Positions 38,457 to 48,055 of a DNA stretch of 64,000 nucleotides are shown here, one piece after another. Made by a program: the position numbers and the translations under genes. Numbering within the stretch: position 1 is the stretch's first letter; the number at the start of each line of letters is the position of its first letter. Under the pieces are notes generated by a model. It worked only from the letters and a program-made list of their open reading frames with translations. It was not told the DNA's origin and ran no database searches. This DNA comes from an uncultured Anaerolineales bacterium (lineage in GTDB: Bacteria; Chloroflexota; Anaerolineae; Anaerolineales; UBA11858): NCBI GenBank assembly GCA_964629085.1, contig CAZVPR010000001.1, positions 26,517-90,516 of the forward strand, read 5' to 3'.

Positions 38457-40049
38457 ATGAATAATATCAAAAAGAACTGGTTTTTTCTATTGCTGTTGGT
38501 TATTTTTGCAGTTTATACAGGGGTCTATATTTTCCAGACCAGCTTCATTTCAAACAATGTGCGCTATTTCGTGCTTTTCGACGATGCTATGATATCCATG
38601 CGCTATGCCAAGAATCTTGCCGAAGGCCATGGTCTGGTTTGGAACCCGGGCGAGACTCCGGTGGAGGGCTATACCAACCCACTTTGGGTGATCTTCATGG
38701 CGCTCTTCCACTTATTCCCAATTGCATCAACGAAAATCAGCCTGGCCATCCAAATCAGTGGCGCGATTTTTCTGCTCGCAAATTTGATTTTCGTAAAACG
38801 GATCGCAGAATTCATAAGCGACAAACCGATAGTGCCAATCCTGGCCGTAATTCTTGCTGCGTTCTACACCCCATTAAACAACTGGGGGCTGCAGGGCATG
38901 GAAGTCAGCCTTTTGGTGCTGCTGCTCAGTGCAGCGGTCTTCAAGCTGCTCAACGATACAAAAAATGACAAATTTTCCCCATGGCCTTATATAGTTCTCG
39001 GCCTGAGCACGCTGGTACGCATCGATATGGCCGTGCCCTATTTGGTGGTTCTAGGATTTGCAATTCTCTTCATCACTAAATATCGTCGGCAACATATCCT
39101 GTGGGGAATTGGCACGCTTGTCTTTTTCCTGGCGATACAAACCATCTGCCGTTTATGGTATTACGGGGAACCCGTTCCTAACACGTATTACTTGAAGATC
39201 GGCGGCATCTCCATTTTCCAACGCATCAAACGCGGTATTCTCGTTTTGTATCAATTCCTGTGGGATATGAATTGGGTGTTGTTCCTGCTGCCCTTCATTT
39301 TCGTGTTGCTGAAAAGAGAACGCCAAAGCATTCTTTTGGCCCTGCTCATAGCTGGGCAAATTGCCTACAGTGTCTATGTTGGGGGTGATGCCTGGGAGCA
39401 CAAAGGCGGTGCCAACCGATATATGGCCGTAGCCATCCCCCATTTCTTCATTCTCTTTTCTTGGGCTATTAGCCTGGTGGTTCAGGCTGTTTCGCAGATT
39501 GCTGAGAAAGTCAAAACTCCCTTGCCGGGCAAGGTGCTTTCAAATCTAACCCTGATCGCAATCGCGTTGATCAGTCTGGCAAATTTCAACTTTATCCAAC
39601 AAGATTTCAAATATTTGCAACGCTGGCTGCTCATTCGGCCGCCCCTTTTCATTGAAGGCAACAAAGAAGCTGTGGCCATTGCACAAGCCGTCGAGAAAAT
39701 CACTACACCCCAGGCCCAGATTGCTGTCGTCACCGCTGGCGCAATCCCATACTTTTCCGAACGTCCCGCTCTGGATCTACTGGGGAAAAATGACGCTTAC
39801 ATTGCCAGTCTCCCCAGTCATCCTCCTGCCTCACTGGAAGACCTCCGCCCAGGGCACATGAAGTGGGATTATGATTATTCAATTGGAGAACTAAAACCGG
39901 ATATGATCTTGCAATTGTGGGGTGATCAAGAAATCGCGTACGAATATATCGAGCAGGTTTATACTGTTGTGGAAGTTGATGGTATGCTGTTCTCAGCTCG
40001 CAGTGATTCGCAAGATATTTTGTGGGAACGCGTCGATTCAACCCCGTGA
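38457..40049 (+). CDS. Polytopic membrane protein, GT-C-like glycosyltransferase candidate
   Basis: 530 aa. First loop YFVLFDDAMISMRYAKNLAEGHGLVWNPGETPVEGYTNPLW contains a DD motif. It has more than 10 TMs and a soluble tail of about 100 aa. It is the only large plus-strand gene in the window. Confidence 0.5.
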   Translation: MNNIKKNWFFLLLLVIFAVYTGVYIFQTSFISNNVRYFVLFDDAMISMRYAKNLAEGHGLVWNPGETPVEGYTNPLWVIFMALFHLFPIASTKISLAIQISGAIFLLANLIFVKRIAEFISDKPIVPILAVILAAFYTPLNNWGLQGMEVSLLVLLLSAAVFKLLNDTKNDKFSPWPYIVLGLSTLVRIDMAVPYLVVLGFAILFITKYRRQHILWGIGTLVFFLAIQTICRLWYYGEPVPNTYYLKIGGISIFQRIKRGILVLYQFLWDMNWVLFLLPFIFVLLKRERQSILLALLIAGQIAYSVYVGGDAWEHKGGANRYMAVAIPHFFILFSWAISLVVQAVSQIAEKVKTPLPGKVLSNLTLIAIALISLANFNFIQQDFKYLQRWLLIRPPLFIEGNKEAVAIAQAVEKITTPQAQIAVVTAGAIPYFSERPALDLLGKNDAYIASLPSHPPASLEDLRPGHMKWDYDYSIGELKPDMILQLWGDQEIAYEYIEQVYTVVEVDGMLFSARSDSQDILWERVDSTP

Positions 40050-41048
40050 GTTGATTCTGTTTCCCCAGGTTATCATTGTTCCCAAACGTGCAGATTCATG
40101 CGCAGCTGCGGCCAATTCCTGCGCCCAAATTCCATCGTCCAGGGTACAGTGCGGCTGATCATCCCCGCGTGTCACAGCCAAAAAGTGCCGCATTTGATCC
40201 ATAAACAAATGGTTGCGCTCGAAATCTTCTGAGAGCGGGTATGATTCCCAAGATTCGCCTGCCGCTCGATAAGTTTTCAACTCACCTTCAAGATAATCCC
40301 AATAGATTGTGCCCTCGGTGCCCACGATCTCCATTCGGTTGGTATGCGGTCGCTGGATATAATCCAGATGCACCGAACCTAAAACCCCATTGGCAAAACG
40401 CAACCCAATCTCCGCAACGGATTCAACCTCGATTTCGAGTTCTGACACCTGCACTGAGAAAGCCCAAAGAGCAGTAACATCCCCAAAGAGCCACCGTAAA
40501 TAATCAAGTGGATGCGTCAGGGTCAGGATCACCCCTCCCCCAAGATCCGCCCGGGCACTGAATCCCTGGCGATAATCTTCCCAGGGATGCCACCCCGGTA
40601 AATATTCACCCCAATGTACGCGTACGGACACCGGTCGGCCAATGGTCTTATCCGCAAGAATTTTAGAAATTTGGAGAAGCTGTGGGTGATACCGAAACTG
40701 GAATCCCACTAAAACCTGGCCACCGCCCCTTTTCACTGCATCCTGCAATTCACCCAGACGCTCTAGAGAATGCGAAATAGGCTTCTCCAAAAACAGATCA
40801 CAGCCAGCTTCAGCCGCCGGGATAGCCACATCCAAATGCATTGAGGTGGGGTTCGACACAATAACTGCACCCGGGTTATGCGCTAGCGCAGATTGAATAT
40901 CGGTCTCGACTGGATATTCGGCGATCTCATCATCGGGCAGAGTGCTGAGTTTGCTGCGCAGGAAAACAAAATCACCCTCGCCAAGTGCAGTTAGATTTCT
41001 AAAATGTCTTCGGCCAATTGAGCCAAAACCAGCGATAAGGGTTTTCAT
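40038..41048 (-). CDS. Gfo/Idh/MocA family NAD(P)-dependent sugar oxidoreductase
   Basis: 336 aa. The N-terminus MKTLIAGFGSIGRRHFRNL forms a Rossmann fold, and EKP is present (FLEKPISHS). Its 3' end overlaps the convergent 38457..40049 gene by 12 nt. Confidence 0.8.
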   Translation of the reverse strand: MKTLIAGFGSIGRRHFRNLTALGEGDFVFLRSKLSTLPDDEIAEYPVETDIQSALAHNPGAVIVSNPTSMHLDVAIPAAEAGCDLFLEKPISHSLERLGELQDAVKRGGGQVLVGFQFRYHPQLLQISKILADKTIGRPVSVRVHWGEYLPGWHPWEDYRQGFSARADLGGGVILTLTHPLDYLRWLFGDVTALWAFSVQVSELEIEVESVAEIGLRFANGVLGSVHLDYIQRPHTNRMEIVGTEGTIYWDYLEGELKTYRAAGESWESYPLSEDFERNHLFMDQMRHFLAVTRGDDQPHCTLDDGIWAQELAAAAHESARLGTMITWGNRINSRG

Positions 41049-41053
41049 AGGAA

Positions 41054-41117
41054 AGGTAACAGGAAAACATTGTAAACAGGGCTACAGGATTGCTATTTGT
41101 TACTCCTGTTTACCTGT
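41054..41117. repeat. Hairpin element (ACAGG/TAAACAGG-word type)
   Basis: gtaaacagg (41072-41080) pairs perfectly with cctgtttac (41105-41113). Additional words are aggtaacagg (41054-41063) and acagga (41084-41089). The 13-mer cctgtttacctgt (41105-41117) recurs as a reverse complement at 60763-60775. Confidence 0.7.
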
Positions 41118-42161
41118 CTACCAATCGTTGTTCTTTTCATACCCCCATTTGACCAACATCTCCCCAGCAAATTCTTTGAACACTGCCCGGTCTCTCGCAG
41201 TAAATAATTCTCGCCAAGAACCCGATTTGCCTTTTTTGAGCGGCTCCACCAGTTCACCAGCTTTTTGCTGTTGCCACTTGGCATCGGGGTTGCTGCCCAA
41301 TTCTTCGGTCAACAAATTTTGCAATTCCGGCAGTGAAACATCGGCGCCGAGTAAAGACCACAAGCGCTGCATTTCATTCCAGGGTATTTTGAGCAGATCT
41401 TCGTATCGCACGGAGGCGTATTGCCCTTCCCCATAGAGGCGCTGACCTTCCTGATCGGTCTCGGTGATATTGCGCACCCAACTCTCGGCGGCATGCCGGA
41501 TGCCCTTCTGCGTAAAGATGGATCGTTCGCCAGTCATGAAAGGCTCAGGATTGCTCTCAAATTCAGCGCGAATTGCCCAATCCTGTTTGGTGAGGTGCGC
41601 CTGGGCATCAATGAAAGCCTGAAAACGATGAGAGATAGCTGCATCACGGCCATCACGAATTATGAAGATCAATTTCCCGTCGGGAAATACCTTGTGCATG
41701 CGGCGGACAGCTTCACCATTCAATAAGGCATTGGGACTTTTATCGCCCACACACCTGGCACCCTCCTGTCGGGCTTCTCGTTCCATCACATACTCCACCG
41801 CAGCCCGTAACATCACCGGGGAAAGATCACGACCGCGATTCCAGCGGTTGCTGCGGCGAGCGAGCCATAATTCGATATCCTTGCGATCAACAAAAGCCTC
41901 AAGCGTTGGCTTGCGGGTAAAGAAGTGTCCCTGATAATTGCAATGCACGTCAGGGTGCAATCGAATCAGCCGAGTTAACAAGGTTGTCCCCGAACGCGCA
42001 TGCCCAAATACAAAGAATTTGTCCAGAGGAAAGAATTCCTTGAATTCCGCAACCTCTTCAGGGGTGATTGCCGGAACTTCCCGTAACATCGCAGACGAGA
42101 GTCGTCCTGTGAGTAATACCTGAGCAGTCAATTTCAAGCGATGGGCTATTTTAATAATCAT
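41118..42161 (-). CDS. PAPS-dependent sulfotransferase (second)
   Basis: 347 aa. FGHARSGTTLLTRLI (5'-PSB) and FIIRDGRDAAISHRF (3'-PB). Confidence 0.8.
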   Translation of the reverse strand: MIIKIAHRLKLTAQVLLTGRLSSAMLREVPAITPEEVAEFKEFFPLDKFFVFGHARSGTTLLTRLIRLHPDVHCNYQGHFFTRKPTLEAFVDRKDIELWLARRSNRWNRGRDLSPVMLRAAVEYVMEREARQEGARCVGDKSPNALLNGEAVRRMHKVFPDGKLIFIIRDGRDAAISHRFQAFIDAQAHLTKQDWAIRAEFESNPEPFMTGERSIFTQKGIRHAAESWVRNITETDQEGQRLYGEGQYASVRYEDLLKIPWNEMQRLWSLLGADVSLPELQNLLTEELGSNPDAKWQQQKAGELVEPLKKGKSGSWRELFTARDRAVFKEFAGEMLVKWGYEKNNDW

Positions 42162-42166
42162 GCCTT

Positions 42167-43597
42167 TTAATTCATCAGAGAAAGTAAGAATTCAGCCGTC
42201 TTCTCCCCTGCATTTCCATCGGTGAAAGTACATTCGCGCGCTATAAAATCTTTCCGGGTCTGCTGATCCGCCGATGGGTTGGTGAGATAGCGGTTTATAG
42301 CCTCCTGCAATTCGGCTTGATTCTGCGCTTCTCGCCCGGCTTTCGATTCCAAATACCGCAAATGAGTTGGCCAACCGCTGATCTTGCTGAGCGGCAAAGT
42401 ATATTTGCCCGGCCAGCCCTCAGGAGAATCGATACACAGGCTTATCACCGGAGTGCCATGAATGGAGGCTTCCACAACCATGGTCGAATAAACCGTTACC
42501 ATCACATCAGAGTAATCCATCATGGATGATTTTTCTGGCATATCTTCCCCCGAATAATAACTCATGCCGCCTTCACCGAGGGGCACAGGTTCAACAACGT
42601 GCACGTTGGGCAGGTTGGCAGCCAATGCGCGAATTTTCTCGCGTTCACCGGCGAAACGGGGCGTATCCATAAAATGCGTGGGATGCAATCGGATGAGCAA
42701 TTGGCAAGGTTCGGCCAATTGGTCCGAAGAAATTAATACTGCCAGGGCCTCGACATTTTGATAATTTGGTGAAAAGGACACGAAACTGCTGGCGTATGAT
42801 ATCAATTTACGACTTGGATCAAGGCCGTGAAGTTGAAAGTACTCTTCCCGCGGCATCAGCCATTTTCTGGAAAAATAGCGATCATAGGCTGGAACACCGC
42901 CGATATTCACCCGTTCAGGAGGCCAATCTGCCCCCTGAGTAAGTTCTTCCTTTTGGATTTCCGACCAGCATGAAACCCAATCCACGGATGCGCCGGGCAA
43001 GCTGTAACTGCTGGAATTGTCCCAACCTACGATTACAGCTGCAGTTTTCACTCCCCGGTCTTTGGCCTCACGTAGCAGGAAACGATCAAGGCGCCATCCT
43101 GGAGTGCTGGCTACTACCAATTCGGGCTGATATTTTTCAAATAAGTCCGCATACAATTTCGGATTGAAGCGATCTTGATACAGTACCAATTTCTGACGAG
43201 CAGGCTTATTATTGCGCAAAAAAGCGACGACCAACTTCATCAGTGGGAATAACATCTTGCGCTTGTTGTGGGCTTCATCCCGCACCTGATTGATAAAACC
43301 GTCAACAGCCTGCAAATTGATGCGATTCGATGCCCCAGCCCGGCGCAAGAAATGCAGCCAGAATTGCAGCGAGGGGCTTTCGTTTCTTTCATATTTTTTT
43401 GCCCGCTCAGTGCGCAGGCCCTCGACAATTAAACCAGGACGTCCAAACCGTTTTTCGAGCTGAGGTTTAAGTGAATCGTCTGTCAGCAGGATTACTTCCA
43501 ACCCTGCATCTAAAAGCGAAGAAACTATGTCACTTTGTAAAAAATAAACAGTCGCCAGGCCGTGGTCGGCACAGACGAATATCCGCTTTGATGCCAT
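42167..43597 (-). CDS. GT-B enzyme with HP motif (TagF / Capsule_synth-like transferase candidate)
   Basis: 476 aa. LLIRLHPTHFMD...VMVTVYSTMVVEASIHGTPVISL. The N-terminal half is Rossmann-like (RIFVCADHGLATVYFLQSDIVSSLLDAGLEVILL). Confidence 0.45.
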   Translation of the reverse strand: MASKRIFVCADHGLATVYFLQSDIVSSLLDAGLEVILLTDDSLKPQLEKRFGRPGLIVEGLRTERAKKYERNESPSLQFWLHFLRRAGASNRINLQAVDGFINQVRDEAHNKRKMLFPLMKLVVAFLRNNKPARQKLVLYQDRFNPKLYADLFEKYQPELVVASTPGWRLDRFLLREAKDRGVKTAAVIVGWDNSSSYSLPGASVDWVSCWSEIQKEELTQGADWPPERVNIGGVPAYDRYFSRKWLMPREEYFQLHGLDPSRKLISYASSFVSFSPNYQNVEALAVLISSDQLAEPCQLLIRLHPTHFMDTPRFAGEREKIRALAANLPNVHVVEPVPLGEGGMSYYSGEDMPEKSSMMDYSDVMVTVYSTMVVEASIHGTPVISLCIDSPEGWPGKYTLPLSKISGWPTHLRYLESKAGREAQNQAELQEAINRYLTNPSADQQTRKDFIARECTFTDGNAGEKTAEFLLSLMN

Positions 43598-43637
43598 AAA
43601 ATTTATATTTTGTATTGGTCAGCGAAACTTGAATAAA

Positions 43638-43715
43638 ATCACGAATAGGAGCGAATGACACAAATTGCACGAACATTTTTCAAGGTGTCATTGGTGAAAT
43701 TCGTTGAATCGTGAT
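43638..43715. repeat. Hairpin element copy 2 (CGAAT-word type); homologous to 7809..7885
   Basis: atcacgaataggagcgaatgacac (43638-43661) ... gtgtcattggtgaaattcgttgaatcgtgat (43685-43715). The flank gtcagcgaaacttga (43618-43632) matches 7772-7786 at 14 of 15 positions. Confidence 0.8.
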
Positions 43716-43773
43716 TTAAGATTTGTTTATGCTTTTCTTGATCACCACAAGAATTTGTGAATATTTTTTTATC

Positions 43774-44733
43774 CTATTTATGCAAAAATTCAAAAAGGCG
43801 ATGATAGATCCAGTAAATCAATTCCTCAAAAGGTTTCCATTCCAGTATGCGATGACGGCGACTCTTCCTTCCTTCCAGATTGACAACTGGTTTTCCGTTC
43901 AGAAACTCTACACCAGAAATCGTATTGCCCATATGCTGCACCCACCATTCTGGAGTGCAAAGTCGTAGATAACCAGCCTCGTTTAGGGCAATATCCAGCA
44001 AACGAACCTGCCCCATAGGACGTTCATTGGGGATGGGAGACAATTTTTGAAATACTTCCTTGTATCCAACGAATTGGAAATGTCCGGCACCGACGTAACA
44101 CTGCTTACCGTTGTACGACAGACGAATTCCCTGTATGTCTGCAAAGAATTCACGAGCACGCTCTTCCTCTACACCTAGGCTGCGCGCATGACGCCAGTGA
44201 TCTTCAAAGGGGAGAAATTCCCCCCGCTCGACCAGGACATCCGGGTTCTGTTCAGCCCATTCAACGGTTTGGGTTGAAAATTCCTCAGCACTCCACATAG
44301 GCATTGCTGTAATCATTCCAACATTTGGGAACATCTCGACCAGATCAAGCGATGCTGTCAACCACCCTGGGAAGTAATACACGTCGCTATCAGCATAAGC
44401 TATGATGTCACCTGGCGCAGCACCGAAGATGACATTCCAGGCGCCGGCCTTGCCGACATTCTGCTCAGAGAGCATCAAGTATTGAATTAAACCTTGATCA
44501 TGCGCTTCTGAGAGATATTCACGAACTTCGGTGCAACTGGCATTGTCGAATACCATCAGATCATAGGGTTTATTGGTATTCTCCCAGATGCTATTCAAAC
44601 ACACTTTGAGCACATCCAAACTGTGTTCGAAATATCCCCCCAGCACCGGTATATAGGTAACAGTAGCGACTGTCACTCGCGCAGGCTGAGGAACACTCTG
44701 AATAAACTTTGCAGGATTTTGACCTATGCGCAC
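43774..44733 (-). CDS. GT-A fold (GT2-like) glycosyltransferase, paralog 1 of 3 (MRIGQNPAK family)
   Basis: 319 aa. VTVATVTYIPVLGGYFEHSLDVLKVCLNSIWENT...LMVFDNAS, and DxD-type AYADSDVYY. Confidence 0.7.
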   Translation of the reverse strand: MRIGQNPAKFIQSVPQPARVTVATVTYIPVLGGYFEHSLDVLKVCLNSIWENTNKPYDLMVFDNASCTEVREYLSEAHDQGLIQYLMLSEQNVGKAGAWNVIFGAAPGDIIAYADSDVYYFPGWLTASLDLVEMFPNVGMITAMPMWSAEEFSTQTVEWAEQNPDVLVERGEFLPFEDHWRHARSLGVEEERAREFFADIQGIRLSYNGKQCYVGAGHFQFVGYKEVFQKLSPIPNERPMGQVRLLDIALNEAGYLRLCTPEWWVQHMGNTISGVEFLNGKPVVNLEGRKSRRHRILEWKPFEELIYWIYHRLFEFLHK

Positions 44734-44737
44734 TTGT

Positions 44738-46969
44738 TTACTCCTGTAATTGGTGTAGAAGGAGATTCATATTTTTATTCCGGTTCGGTAAAATAACTAT
44801 TTCTCCTAGAGAGAGATGATCTAATAAAAACAAACCCGCCATCCAACCCATGAATCGGAATTGAACTCCGATTTGGGCTGCATGTCGTTCGATTTCCATA
44901 GGATTGCCATGCCAGATAATAAAAAGCATGGGGTACAAACTGACTAATAAAATCCCAATGACTACCCAGGATGATTGGTTCAAATCGCTCGATACATACC
45001 ACCATACCCCGACAATACTCATTCCCAGGATACTCAAAAAAGCCAAGGGAGATCTTGGATAAACTTTGCTGGTAAAGTTGTGTAGCCAGTGAGGAATTGT
45101 CGAAACGCCATAAAGAGGCGCGTGGTATTCGAGATTGTTACCCCCCAACAAGGATGGGAACTGTCGGATTGGTTCGAGCATTGAAGAAATGGGTTTCGAG
45201 AGAAGATACTGCATGTAAGTGGCGACCCCGGATTGGTCAATCCACTCACGAACATGTTCCATCTCAGAATGGTTAGCCAGGTAATCCTGGTATTCATACC
45301 CATCCATGGTTGTGATTTGCATAAGATTTTGGTCAACCGGTAATCCTGCCGCTTCGAAGTATTCTCTTGCTTCATCGTCAGGAAGTAAACGCAAGGCTAA
45401 ATGATCATAAATATGGATCTGCCATATGTTGCTAACGTTGAAAGCGATACTCTTGGTAATCAAAATTACCATGAAGATGACCAAATAAATCAGGTAATCC
45501 GTGCGTTTTTGGCGTGATGCCTTTCCAAAGAAACTCGCTATTGGAAAAATGACAGCCCCGAATAAAACAAAATATTGATTGCTCTCGCGGGTGAACATAT
45601 AGAAAACCGTCACCACGACGAGAATGATCAACGTTGATACTCTTAACACAGGTTTTCCCAAAAATTCGAATGGCAGATCCCAAATTGCCCAAAGGGCTAA
45701 TAGCAAGGCAAAAAGAGAAAATGAAATCGACTCAGTCAGTATCAAACTTTCCCAAATGCTGATCTCCAAATTGAGGCTAAAGAACAGAACCATCCCAAAT
45801 GCAATCGGCATCAACCAAAGTTTACGTACTCGGAAAGACAAAGCCGCTCCCAAGGCAGTCCATGAAGAAATTGAAAACCAGTATTGGAACTGAGCCACAT
45901 TTGCATTTCGAATAGCGTCGGTATAATTTTGTGCATTAATCCCAAACAACTTTAAAATAAATGGGTAAGCGAAGGATCGATACCCTGCCCAGAAGCGCAA
46001 TGAATTCCATGGTTCACCTGCCGTTTCAGCATAGGAAATCGTATCTCGAAATACCCTGATTGCACTAAATTCCAAATAAGCGAGTTTCTCCCGCACAAAA
46101 ATAAAAAAGAGTGCAGCATACAACAACCCAATAACAAGATATACAATGCCTGGTTTTGGCCAGCGTAATTCAACGATAAGTGCAAATATAAAAAGAAATG
46201 ATAGCAACCCAATAAAATAGAAAAGCTGAACAAAACCAGAAACCAACCCTTGCAATGACGTCCATGATGCGCTCTCACCCCGCAACACGATATCCGCTGT
46301 TACGCTCTGAGAGGCGAACAAGTCATAATCCGTTTGGGTCCCATTCCAATTGATGGACATTTCCCCAGCATCAAGATTATGGCGCACGCTTAATACAATA
46401 CCAGCAGGCATTTGGCCACTCCATTCAGCCAAAGAAAATCCGTCTTCACCGGTCGAAAGCAACTTGCCATCATGAATTTGCCAACCGCCCGATAAACTAA
46501 ATTCCTTCAAGGGGACTGGCGTACCGTCAAGGAATTTCGCGCCCCGAATCTCAATCATGGCAGCCTGGGATCCTTCATTGTTTTCACCTATGCTGATGAG
46601 TTGCAGGGTATTCTGCTGCGTAAGTGCAGGGACAGCAAATGGAAACCAAAAAGAGATCAATAAGGAGAGAACTGCACAAGGTATCAGAATGTATCGAAGA
46701 CCCTTTTGCGAAATCTCGCTGAACTTCGGGATTACAATCTTCCTGGCCAGCAAAACTGCCGTAATACATACAACAGGAAGAACAATGATCCCCTTCTCCA
46801 AACCTCGCACGGCATATACACCAAATTGATTCCCAAATAAAATCGATACGATAATCAGCCACCAGGCAAACGATACAACAACCAGAGAGAAAATGTTAAC
46901 AACAACTCTTCTCCCGGTATTTACGGGATTATCGTTATCGGAGAAAAGAGCTAGAAAGTTTGTCAACAT
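44738..46969 (-). CDS. Uncharacterised 743-aa polytopic membrane protein with inserted beta-rich extracytoplasmic domain
   Basis: It has 3-4 N-terminal TMs. A soluble insert of about 130 aa follows (LQLISIGENNEGSQAAMIEIRGAKFLDG...MSINWNGTQTDYDLF), then 10 or more TMs and a second loop domain. I recognise no family. Confidence 0.55.
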   Translation of the reverse strand: MLTNFLALFSDNDNPVNTGRRVVVNIFSLVVVSFAWWLIIVSILFGNQFGVYAVRGLEKGIIVLPVVCITAVLLARKIVIPKFSEISQKGLRYILIPCAVLSLLISFWFPFAVPALTQQNTLQLISIGENNEGSQAAMIEIRGAKFLDGTPVPLKEFSLSGGWQIHDGKLLSTGEDGFSLAEWSGQMPAGIVLSVRHNLDAGEMSINWNGTQTDYDLFASQSVTADIVLRGESASWTSLQGLVSGFVQLFYFIGLLSFLFIFALIVELRWPKPGIVYLVIGLLYAALFFIFVREKLAYLEFSAIRVFRDTISYAETAGEPWNSLRFWAGYRSFAYPFILKLFGINAQNYTDAIRNANVAQFQYWFSISSWTALGAALSFRVRKLWLMPIAFGMVLFFSLNLEISIWESLILTESISFSLFALLLALWAIWDLPFEFLGKPVLRVSTLIILVVVTVFYMFTRESNQYFVLFGAVIFPIASFFGKASRQKRTDYLIYLVIFMVILITKSIAFNVSNIWQIHIYDHLALRLLPDDEAREYFEAAGLPVDQNLMQITTMDGYEYQDYLANHSEMEHVREWIDQSGVATYMQYLLSKPISSMLEPIRQFPSLLGGNNLEYHAPLYGVSTIPHWLHNFTSKVYPRSPLAFLSILGMSIVGVWWYVSSDLNQSSWVVIGILLVSLYPMLFIIWHGNPMEIERHAAQIGVQFRFMGWMAGLFLLDHLSLGEIVILPNRNKNMNLLLHQLQE

Positions 46970-47014
46970 CGAAAAATTGCTACCTGGCCAATTTGATCAT
47001 CGCATGTTTATAAA

Positions 47015-48055
47015 TTATTGACGATGTTTGGCATAGAGAATATCGAAAAGCAAAGCATAAATTCGTTTTACAAATTGCTTTAAATTTTCAGAGCGATAGG
47101 TAGCCCGGATTAACCAGGTTTTGAGGAAATTCTCGCTTTCTACCTTTTGAATGTCCGGAAAAAAATCTTCATAAATTGGCTTGGCTTTTTCTAATACCTG
47201 ATTGATTTCCGGCACCCGTTTGCCCTGGATAGTATTACCCATGTGGTATACCAGGGGATCAGTAAGTGAAAGCTGAAAATAACCCAATGACCGTATGCGT
47301 TGGTTTATATCCTGGTGATCATCAGAATCCAGGGTAAATTCCGCCAGCAAGGGCACCATTTGACGGGCTACATCTCGCCGAATCATGAATTGCATGGAAG
47401 TGCTGCCCAAGACCGCTTGAATCTGATTTTCAGGGTTGGTGGCTACCTTCAACCGGTTCTGCGCAACCAGCTGACGAATTTCCTCGGTAGCGTTAATGCC
47501 GTCACAATATTCATCAAAAGCATCAGGAAACGGGTCATGCTCACTAATATCAATATTCGGATTGGCCTGAAACATTTTTTCAGCCATATCGTCTATGCTT
47601 TCTTTCTTGTTGAAGAAAGCCGGTTGAGCGCTGACGATTCCCACCTGTTCAAACGAATCAAACACCTCTAAACTGCGCTCAGCCCAACCAGGCCGATACA
47701 GCACATCGCTATCGGTTGAGACAATAAATTCATTGGGCATCGACGAGAACACCCAATTCAGCGAACCAGTTTTGCCCAAATTATGTTTCGATAGGATGAG
47801 CCAATCGATGATCCCGTTATGATAAAGCTCATTCATGAACTCAGTTGCCTCAACGCAACTGCAATTATCAATAACCAGGATGTCCGCTTCTGTTCCTAAA
47901 GTTTGGCGCAAACTTAACAAATGGGCTTCAATGACCTTGAGGGCTTCCTTGAAGAAACCATCCAATACAGGCACAAAGGTAATCGATGCTACCCCAATAC
48001 GTTTTGGGGCATAAACAGGATAGCGATTTCGAACGGGATTTGTTCCAACTCTCAT
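47015..48055 (-). CDS. GT-A fold (GT2-like) glycosyltransferase, paralog 2 of 3
   Basis: 346 aa. MRVGTNPVRNRYPVYAPKRIGVASITFVPVLDGFF..., LVIDNCS, and VSTDSDVLY. Confidence 0.7.
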   Translation of the reverse strand: MRVGTNPVRNRYPVYAPKRIGVASITFVPVLDGFFKEALKVIEAHLLSLRQTLGTEADILVIDNCSCVEATEFMNELYHNGIIDWLILSKHNLGKTGSLNWVFSSMPNEFIVSTDSDVLYRPGWAERSLEVFDSFEQVGIVSAQPAFFNKKESIDDMAEKMFQANPNIDISEHDPFPDAFDEYCDGINATEEIRQLVAQNRLKVATNPENQIQAVLGSTSMQFMIRRDVARQMVPLLAEFTLDSDDHQDINQRIRSLGYFQLSLTDPLVYHMGNTIQGKRVPEINQVLEKAKPIYEDFFPDIQKVESENFLKTWLIRATYRSENLKQFVKRIYALLFDILYAKHRQ

